Below, piece after piece: positions 58,042-64,000 of a DNA stretch of 64,000 nt. A model generated the notes under the pieces. The model saw nothing but the letters and a program-made list of their open reading frames with translations, was not told the origin of the DNA and did not search any database. This stretch comes from Candidatus Dormiibacterota bacterium (GTDB lineage Bacteria > Chloroflexota > Dormibacteria > Aeolococcales > Aeolococcaceae), in the NCBI GenBank assembly GCA_036521195.1, contig DATDID010000009.1:1609-65608 (forward strand), in the 5' to 3' direction. Positions within the stretch are counted from its first letter, which is position 1. Every line of letters begins with the position of its first letter. A program made the position numbers and the translations under genes.

Positions 58042-58854
58042 ATGGGGAGAGACGTTGTGAAGTGGGTCGGCGCCCTCCTGGCCGTGGTCGGGACTGCCGC
58101 GTTTGTCTACGGGCTGATCGTGTTGATCTCTAACGGAAACTGCGGGTGCTCGGACGACGGGTTCTGCTCCGGTCCACCGTGCCCGCCGGCGGACAACCTC
58201 GGCTTCCTCGGGCTCTTCGCCGGGATCTGGGTCGCGATCGGCGGCATCATCATGATGAGTGCGGCCGCTTCCCGCGCCAGGGTGGCGAAGTGGCGAGCGC
58301 AATTCGCAGCAGGCACCAGCGCGTACACGGGCTCGCGGCTCGCGACGCCCGCCGGCACTCCAAGCGGCTTGACGTTCCAGTCGATGGGCGGCGCGTTCGG
58401 CGCAACGCCGGGAATGACCATGGCCCCCGGCATGAATCCGGCCATGTTCGACCCGAAAGCGATGAACGATCTAGCCCAGCAACTCCAGGCTGTCAGGCAG
58501 GCGAACAGCGGTAACCCGGAGGCGGCACGACAAGCAACGCTCGACGTCTTACGCGGCCACGGATATCAGATTCCGGCGAACGTTCCGCCGGGTCCGTTGG
58601 TCCTGCAGGCAGGGACGAGCCCGGTCGCCACCGCGAGCGGTCCCGGTTTTGCGCTCCCCAGCACACTTGGACCGGCGCCTGGTTCCGCTGAGGCGATCCT
58701 CGCCGCCGATGCGCAGGCCGGTGTCCCGACAGCACAGCCCGCGCAGGGTGACGCGACCGGTCGGCTCCAGGAGCTCGACGCGTTGAAGGCGCAGGGCGTT
58801 GTCAACGACGCGGAATACGCAGCGCAGCGCCAGCGGATCCTCGACTCGATCTGA
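58042..58854 (+). CDS. membrane protein with a C-terminal SHOCT domain
   Basis: Two TM helices around a Cys-rich loop (NGNCGCSDDGFCSGPPCPP), a low-complexity middle, and a C-terminus LQELDALKAQGVVNDAEYAAQRQRIL. Confidence 0.65.
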   Translation: MGRDVVKWVGALLAVVGTAAFVYGLIVLISNGNCGCSDDGFCSGPPCPPADNLGFLGLFAGIWVAIGGIIMMSAAASRARVAKWRAQFAAGTSAYTGSRLATPAGTPSGLTFQSMGGAFGATPGMTMAPGMNPAMFDPKAMNDLAQQLQAVRQANSGNPEAARQATLDVLRGHGYQIPANVPPGPLVLQAGTSPVATASGPGFALPSTLGPAPGSAEAILAADAQAGVPTAQPAQGDATGRLQELDALKAQGVVNDAEYAAQRQRILDSI

Positions 58855-58859
58855 TCCGC

Positions 58860-59465
58860 TCAGCGAACGAGTGCGGCGATGTCCTCGACGTTGCGGCCGA
58901 GCGCGTCGGTCAGCGGCCCCGGGAGCCGGCGCTGGAGGATCTCCGCGACGCTCGTGTAATACCAGAGCTGCTGCTTCGGATCAGTGACGGTGAAGCGCTG
59001 CCAGACCACGTCGCCCTCGGTGCGCAGATCCTCGAGAATCGCGCCCGAGTTGTGGACCTTGTCGCATGCCGAGACGAGCAGGACGTCCTCATCGGCGTCG
59101 TCGAGATGCTGGAGGTACTGTTCCTTGCGCTCGCGCCATCCGGGCTTGGGCTGCCCGGGAACCGCGATTGCGTCGCTGCACGCCATGACGATGCGTGCGA
59201 CCCGCTCGCCGAACTGATCCTCGATGACGCTGTGAGTCGCGGCCCCGTCGTTCGAGTCCTCGACAGTGTCGTGGAGGAGGGCGGCGATGGCGACATCCTC
59301 GTCGGCACCGTGCTCCAGCGCGAGCGCGGAGACCGACATGACGTGCGCCATGTAGGGGATACCGGTCTTCTTCCGGAACTGGTCCCCGTGGATGGCCCAG
59401 GCCAGCGCGAACGCCGTGGCGAAGCGGCGGGTCAGCGGTGGCGCGGTGGTATCGCGATCGGGCAC
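58860..59465 (-). CDS. RelA/SpoT-type HD hydrolase (small alarmone hydrolase-like)
   Basis: Contains AIHGDQFRKKTGIPYMAHVMSVS, AALLHDTVED, FGERVARIV and ACDKVHN. The GTG at 59465 is chosen as start; the ORF is open up to 59651. Confidence 0.75.
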   Translation of the reverse strand: MPDRDTTAPPLTRRFATAFALAWAIHGDQFRKKTGIPYMAHVMSVSALALEHGADEDVAIAALLHDTVEDSNDGAATHSVIEDQFGERVARIVMACSDAIAVPGQPKPGWRERKEQYLQHLDDADEDVLLVSACDKVHNSGAILEDLRTEGDVVWQRFTVTDPKQQLWYYTSVAEILQRRLPGPLTDALGRNVEDIAALVR

Positions 59466-59497
59466 GAGGACATTGTCCGTAATCGCCAGAATGACGC

Positions 59498-60007
59498 GTG
59501 CGCTTCTATCTGGGCCATCGACTTCCAGGAGGGTACTGGGCGGGATTCTCGACGTACGCGAGGCGTCCGCAACATGCGGCGCGACAGGCGGCCAGAGCGA
59601 CCGGAGGCATCGGCTGTGTCGGCTACATCGTGCTTGCGGTCGTGCTCGCATTGAGCATCGCGTATTGGTACATCAGCGTTCCTGTGCTGGTGCTGACGGC
59701 GATCGCCGTCGGTGTGACGGTGCATCGCCAGCACGTGCAGCGCGAGCGTCAGTCTGCCGCCGCCGCTCCGGCGGCGGTTGCGCCAGCGGCGTCCGTTTCG
59801 CCGGTGGTCGCCACGCCACACCAGCCGCTGCAGACACCGCAACGCAAACCGCCGCTGACCGTGCCGGCAGACACATTCAAGGTCGGATCGCTCGTGCACC
59901 TTGAGAAGGACGGGACTCGTGCGACGTACTTCGTCGACCACGGTCGCACCCCTGACGAGATTGTCCTGAAACGCGTGACCAGCACCCCGACGGCGCCCGA
60001 TGCCTGA
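59498..60007 (+). CDS. hypothetical two-TM membrane protein with a small C-terminal soluble domain
   Basis: TM pair GYIVLAVVLALSIAYWYISVPVLVLTAIAVGV, an Ala/Pro linker, and the end FKVGSLVHLEKDGTRATYFVDHGRTPDEIVLKRV. The 3' end overlaps the next start by 8 nt (ATGCCTGA). The start is uncertain (59498 or GTG 59630). Confidence 0.5.
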   Translation: MRFYLGHRLPGGYWAGFSTYARRPQHAARQAARATGGIGCVGYIVLAVVLALSIAYWYISVPVLVLTAIAVGVTVHRQHVQRERQSAAAAPAAVAPAASVSPVVATPHQPLQTPQRKPPLTVPADTFKVGSLVHLEKDGTRATYFVDHGRTPDEIVLKRVTSTPTAPDA

Positions 60008-62438
60008 CACCGCGCTGCTCAGCCTCGTCGTCGATCGGATCGACGCGCATCCCCCGGCGGCCGGGGCTGCGGACCTGATTCTTGCCGCATTCCAGGGCGC
60101 TGCGTCGGTTGATGCGACGCTCCGCGGCGACGGGGGCTCGACGTTGGCGTCCGCCGCCCACATCGCCGCAACCGCAACGCCCGCGGCCGTGTACATCACC
60201 GCGATCGAGGTCGAGGGCTTCCGGGGTATCGGGCCGCCGTCGACGCTGCAGATCGACCCGGGACCGGGCCTGACGCTGGTCGTCGGCCGCAACGGCTCCG
60301 GGAAGTCGTCGTTCTCCGAAGCGCTCGAGATGGTGTTGCTGGGCACCAACCAGCGCTGGGAGCAGCGCGTCAAGGTGTGGCGCGACGGGTGGCAGAACCT
60401 CCATCACCGGCATACGCGCGTGGCCGCGCGCTTCACCATCGACGGGCGCAAGCAGCCGCTGGACGTCGCCAGGGTCTGGAAGGATAGCGATGGCGTCGAT
60501 GGTTCGACGCTGACCGTCGATGGCAAGACAGCGTCTCCTGATGTGCTCGGGTGGACGCAGCAGCTCGCGGGCTATCCCCCACTGCTGTCGCACAACGAGC
60601 TCGAGCACGCACTCGACCGTGAGCAGTCGAAGCTGTATGACGCGCTCGCCGGCATCCTGGGTCTCGGCGATCTCGCCATGGCGCAGCAGGTCTTGCAGAA
60701 GGCACGCCTGGATCGCGAGCGCGATGTCAAGGCTGCGCGCGAGGCTTTGCCGCAACTGCGTGCGCTGCTCGAGCGGACGACCGACGAGCGCGCCGAGCTG
60801 GTGCGAGCCGCGCTCGCATCGAAAACGTGGGACCTCGACGTCGTCGCAGGGACAGTCGGCGGTGATGCGCAGAGTGATGAAACCATCGTGTTGCGCAAGC
60901 TTCGTGATCTTGCGGGGCTCCCGGTCCTCGACCGCGAGCGACTCACTATCGCGGTCACCGAGTTGCGCGATGCACAGGCCGCCGCCGAGCGTTTGCGGAG
61001 CACCGACGCGGGGCGGGCGCACGAGACGGCATCGCTGTTGCAGCAGGCGCTTGATATGCACGCGCATGCGGAGGGCGAGCGCTGTCCCGTCTGCGGCACC
61101 GAAGGCGTGTTGACCTATCAGTGGCGCATACAGGCGCGCGATCAGGTAGCGGCGCTCCGCGCCGACGCGGAAGCAGTGCGTACCGCGCACAACATGCTCG
61201 ACAACGCAATGCGGCAGGGGCGCCAGCTCGTGACCGCTCCCTTGCGGACGCTCCGCGATGGCGCTGGTGCGGGTATCGACATAGCCCCGGTGGTCGATGC
61301 CTGGGAACGGTGGTCGAGCGTGTCCGCCGACGATGACGCCCTTGCGCTGGCGAGTCATCTCGAGACGCACGGACCGCCGCTGATCGCAGCCGTCGGCGAT
61401 CTTCGGCGGGCTGCCGCAGCCGAGCTCGAACGGTTGGAGCGAGCATGGCGGCCCGCTGCGGACGCGATTGCATTGTGGCTACCGCTCGGACGCCGTGCGC
61501 AGGCAGCCGAGCAGGAGGTCGCGCGCCTCAAGGACGCCGAACGGTGGTTGAAGGAGGCACACGACGAGTTGCGCGACGAGCGCTTTCGTCCGATTGCCGG
61601 TGCGGTGCAGGAGAACTGGACGCAACTTCGTCAGGACAGCAACGTCTCGCTCGGCGATCTGCGCCTGCTTGGTGCGCAGACGCAGCGCCGTCTGTCGCTC
61701 GACGTCAAGGTCGATGGAGAGCACGGATCCGCGCTCGGGGTCATGAGCCAGGGCGAGCTGAACTGCCTTGCGCTCTCACTGTTCCTGCCGCGAGCGTCGA
61801 TGCCCGAGTCGCCGTTCCGCTTCGTCGTCATCGACGACCCGGTGCAGGCGATGGATCCCGCCAAGGTTGCGGGGCTCGCGCAGGTGCTCGCCCGCGCAGC
61901 AAAGGAGCGCCAGGTGATCGTCCTCACGCATGACACACGTCTGGCAGATGCGATGAGCGCGCTCGACATTGCCGCGACAGTTGTCGAAGTGGTGCGGCGT
62001 GAGCAGTCCGTCGTTGAGTTGCGCCGGATCCAGGATCCTGTGCAGCGCTACATCAAGGACGCGTTCGCCGTTGCCAACAGCGGCGACCTGCCCCCAGAGG
62101 CGCTCCGCGTTGTTCCGGGCTTCTGCAGGCTCGCGCTTGAGGCGGCGTCGTCACTCGCCGCCACGCGCTACATGCTGCATCAGGGCAAGTCCTATAGTGA
62201 GGTCGAGTACGCGCTGCAGAAGCCGACGACGCTGAACATGTGGCTGGCGCTCGCGTTGTTGCATGACGCCGATCGTGCCGGCGATGTCTCCGGATACCTG
62301 TTCAAAAACCACCCGTCGGCGGTGGATGCCGTCAAGGAGTGCAACCGCGGGACACACAGTGGGAAGGTGTACGGCGACATGCGCCAGTTCATCCGCAGCG
62401 TCGAGCAGCTCACGTTGAAGATGCTCGAGGCGCGCTGA
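60000..62438 (+). CDS. SMC/Rad50-like ABC-type ATPase with a coiled-coil insert, central CxxC and a helical C-terminal extension
   Basis: Walker A GRNGSGKSS, a long A/L/R/E-rich helical insert with CPVC at 61083-61094, signature-like MSQGELN, Walker B FRFVVIDDP, and H-loop VLTHD. 812 aa. Confidence 0.8.
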   Translation: MPDTALLSLVVDRIDAHPPAAGAADLILAAFQGAASVDATLRGDGGSTLASAAHIAATATPAAVYITAIEVEGFRGIGPPSTLQIDPGPGLTLVVGRNGSGKSSFSEALEMVLLGTNQRWEQRVKVWRDGWQNLHHRHTRVAARFTIDGRKQPLDVARVWKDSDGVDGSTLTVDGKTASPDVLGWTQQLAGYPPLLSHNELEHALDREQSKLYDALAGILGLGDLAMAQQVLQKARLDRERDVKAAREALPQLRALLERTTDERAELVRAALASKTWDLDVVAGTVGGDAQSDETIVLRKLRDLAGLPVLDRERLTIAVTELRDAQAAAERLRSTDAGRAHETASLLQQALDMHAHAEGERCPVCGTEGVLTYQWRIQARDQVAALRADAEAVRTAHNMLDNAMRQGRQLVTAPLRTLRDGAGAGIDIAPVVDAWERWSSVSADDDALALASHLETHGPPLIAAVGDLRRAAAAELERLERAWRPAADAIALWLPLGRRAQAAEQEVARLKDAERWLKEAHDELRDERFRPIAGAVQENWTQLRQDSNVSLGDLRLLGAQTQRRLSLDVKVDGEHGSALGVMSQGELNCLALSLFLPRASMPESPFRFVVIDDPVQAMDPAKVAGLAQVLARAAKERQVIVLTHDTRLADAMSALDIAATVVEVVRREQSVVELRRIQDPVQRYIKDAFAVANSGDLPPEALRVVPGFCRLALEAASSLAATRYMLHQGKSYSEVEYALQKPTTLNMWLALALLHDADRAGDVSGYLFKNHPSAVDAVKECNRGTHSGKVYGDMRQFIRSVEQLTLKMLEAR

Positions 62439-62833
62439 TGGCCGGCGCATCGTCGGTGGACGCGCATACGCTCGTGTCCACGGCGCGCGACCTCATCCGG
62501 GACGACGACGCGACCACCGCGGGGCTTTGGCCTCGCGCGGCGGCGCTGCTTGCTCGCCAGGGGCTTGAGCTTGCAATGGAGCGGCTGTGGCAGGTCACCG
62601 CGCCGGGACTGGAGCGCACGCCGACGAAGTGCCAGTTGCTCTGCGTCGGCGACATGCTCAACGACCGCACGCTCGGCGGCCGCGCGATGCTCACGTGGAA
62701 CTCGTTGTCCAGCGCCTGCCATCACCGCGTGTACGAGTTGCCGCCGACGGCGTCGGAGTTGAACCTGGCGCTCGAGACGGTCTGGGATCTTGCAGAGGCG
62801 GTGGAGCGTTTGCGGGGCAAGATAAAGGCCTGA
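62438..62833 (+). CDS. hypothetical small helical protein coupled to the ATPase
   Basis: The ATG overlaps the ATPase stop (TGATG). The 131-aa all-helical-looking sequence (LLARQGLELAMERLW...LSSACHHRVYE...LAEAVERLRGK) has good GC3. Confidence 0.6.
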   Translation: MAGASSVDAHTLVSTARDLIRDDDATTAGLWPRAAALLARQGLELAMERLWQVTAPGLERTPTKCQLLCVGDMLNDRTLGGRAMLTWNSLSSACHHRVYELPPTASELNLALETVWDLAEAVERLRGKIKA

Positions 62834-62851
62834 TCCGGCGATCCGCCGTGC

Positions 62852-63136
62852 TTACGCGGCGTGCAGGGCGGCGCTCAGGACCGAGGGATCGATGACAGCC
62901 GGCTGTTGGGCGGGAATCGTCACCACCACCGTTTCACCCCGCGCCATCACGTGGCGGGGCCGAACCAGGGTTATGCCGACAATATTTCCGGCGGAATCTA
63001 GTCGAAGCGCATGACCTTCCGGCGACTCGTCGAAGGCGACCGCGGTTTTCGGATCACCGACGTGGAGGTACAGTACGTCTCCCTCCGGGTCGTACAGAAC
63101 GTTGTCGAAGGTGATTCCGGCGATCGTTGTTGTCAT
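62852..63136 (-). CDS. DUF2283 domain protein (putative antitoxin-like partner)
   Basis: MTTTIAGITFDNVLYDPEGDVLYLHVGD...GNIVGITLV matches the DUF2283 pattern. ATGA overlap with the upstream gene. Confidence 0.75.
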   Translation of the reverse strand: MTTTIAGITFDNVLYDPEGDVLYLHVGDPKTAVAFDESPEGHALRLDSAGNIVGITLVRPRHVMARGETVVVTIPAQQPAVIDPSVLSAALHAA

Positions 63137-63483
63137 GGCATTGCTCTTCTTGGGAACGCTGTGATGATCAGGCCAACATCACCTGAATAGACTACGACAA
63201 CCTTTATCCAGGCGCTTGGTCCGCCAGGGAGGTAGAACCAAGCCTCACCATCCGATTTTGTGCGCTGGACGGCGGGCGCATGGATGGCTCGCATCACGAG
63301 GTGCGGCTGCTGACGTAGTTCTGGATGGCGGGAGGCAATGTGATCCCATCTGCCGAGCGTGAGGCTGACGCGGCGCCGCTGGGGGTCTGTGGTGACCGCG
63401 ATGATTCGTCTCTGATGCACGGGTTGGGCAACTCTCCTGGACAAAGCGCTCGAGATCAGCGGCATCACCTCCGGCTGGAACAT
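63133..63483 (-). CDS. small toxin-like protein (W-x-HI-x-x-RHPE type) upstream of DUF2283
   Basis: LTLGRWDHIASRHPELRQQPHLVMRAI...AWFYLPGG...IKVVVVY...IITAFP resembles small nuclease-like toxins commonly paired with DUF2283. The start is uncertain (63483, 63465 or 63576). Confidence 0.55.
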   Translation of the reverse strand: MFQPEVMPLISSALSRRVAQPVHQRRIIAVTTDPQRRRVSLTLGRWDHIASRHPELRQQPHLVMRAIHAPAVQRTKSDGEAWFYLPGGPSAWIKVVVVYSGDVGLIITAFPRRAMP

Positions 63484-63621
63484 GCCGATCACCGTCGCCG
63501 TTCTCCAGGGACATCGAACGGTCAATCCGAGTTCTGGAATCCCGCGACAGCCATGTGTCGCGGGAGCACTCGACACTCAGCCCTGGAGATCCGTGGCGGG
63601 GTAGCGAAGTGAGGAAAAGCG

Positions 63622-64000
63622 ATGCTCAGGAAGGTGGAACCCATCACCCTCGGCTGCGACGTGCGCATCGAGGGCGACAACATCGCCGTCACGGGTCTCT
63701 CTCTGCACGACGCCGATCTGGCGTCATATGTGAGCCAGCACCCGGAGGTTGATCGGCCGGCTGTGGTGGAGCGCGGACTGAAGGTTGGGTTGATTGCCTT
63801 GCGCAATGCGAGCGTGACGATCAACGTCGACTTCGTCGCGCGAGAGTTCGACCGGCTCATGCACCGTACCGATGAGTCGCACCATCGGGCGGCGATCGCG
63901 CTCGACGCCGCGCTGCGTGAAACCTTCGCGGCGAAGGACGGAACGCTGCCGCGCACGCTCGAGCAATTCCTCGGCAAGGACGGAACGCTGCGCAGGCTCG
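63622..64000 (+). CDS. hypothetical protein, 3' end beyond the window
   Basis: ATG 63622 follows GAGGAAAAG. The frame is open to the window end (MLRKVEPITLGCDVRIEGDNIAVTGLSLHDADLASYV...). It is not in the ORF track because it has no stop in the window. High GC3. Confidence 0.6.
   Translation, partial: MLRKVEPITLGCDVRIEGDNIAVTGLSLHDADLASYVSQHPEVDRPAVVERGLKVGLIALRNASVTINVDFVAREFDRLMHRTDESHHRAAIALDAALRETFAAKDGTLPRTLEQFLGKDGTLRRL

Noticed and set aside
59877-61370. A 497-aa ORF on the - strand, inside the ATPase gene.
   Set aside because: It is antisense to the ORF carrying the Walker A, signature and Walker B motifs. The translation is R/G/L-rich and motif-free.
63522-63977. A 151-aa ORF on the - strand at the window end.
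   Set aside because: It is antisense to the better-supported + strand ORF starting at 63622, which has an SD and high GC3. The product is Ser/Arg-rich with no motifs.

Overview
This is a GC-rich window (judged by eye, not computed). Its codon style and gene content look like a high-GC Gram-positive or Terrabacteria chromosome, Actinomycetota-like; the phylum cannot be fixed from sequence alone. All calls come from reading the six-frame translations against motifs I remember. No database search was run.

I support about 58 protein-coding genes. I found no rRNA, tRNA or CRISPR array. Many adjacent genes overlap at their stop and start codons (ATGA, GTGA, TTGA, TGATG, TAATG), so most of the window is tightly coupled operons. 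The many long R/A/G-rich ORFs on the opposite strand of these genes are shadow ORFs of the kind expected in high-GC DNA.

Contents, in order:
- A partial dienelactone hydrolase gene, and a 48-aa zinc-ribbon ORF that the ORF track misses.
- A DUF885 gene, then gyrB-plsX-gyrA fused into one coupled unit.
- An NHEJ island: LigD (PE-Lig-Pol), a DUF4232 lipoprotein, an HNH gene, Ku, a ligase-like protein lacking the catalytic lysine, and a pentein-fold enzyme.
- An OmpR/HK two-component pair, followed by a ferric-reductase-like membrane protein, a NuoF-like protein, a ferredoxin, a GT2, a Ser/Thr-rich peptide and ApbE.
- A LysM/SLT lytic transglycosylase with a structured leader, queG, a GGDEF-EAL protein and an acyl-CoA mutase large subunit.
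- A cAMP and two-component signalling patch: a cNMP-binding protein, a REC-LuxR-cyclase fusion, two tandem paralogous kinases and two more response regulators. ccr follows.
- Two mirror-image cassettes of zinc-ribbon-flanked PrsW-like membrane proteins, each with a zinc-ribbon single-pass partner. One cassette is coupled to an S53 peptidase.
- A frameshifted MFS gene, a secreted alpha/beta hydrolase, tam, an MBL hydrolase, a DUF222-HNH gene, pckA, ilvE, and a glxK-fur-DUF2342-SDR operon.
- A terminal accessory patch: a SpoT-type HD hydrolase, a membrane protein + SMC/Rad50-like ATPase + small helical protein trio, and a DUF2283-containing toxin-antitoxin-like pair.

The best candidates for an undescribed system are:
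1. The three-gene membrane/SMC-like ATPase cassette at 59.5-62.8 kb.
2. The mirrored zinc-ribbon/PrsW-like/S53 cassettes at 40.1-45.9 kb.
3. The Ku-linked pseudo-ligase at 13.4-14.5 kb.
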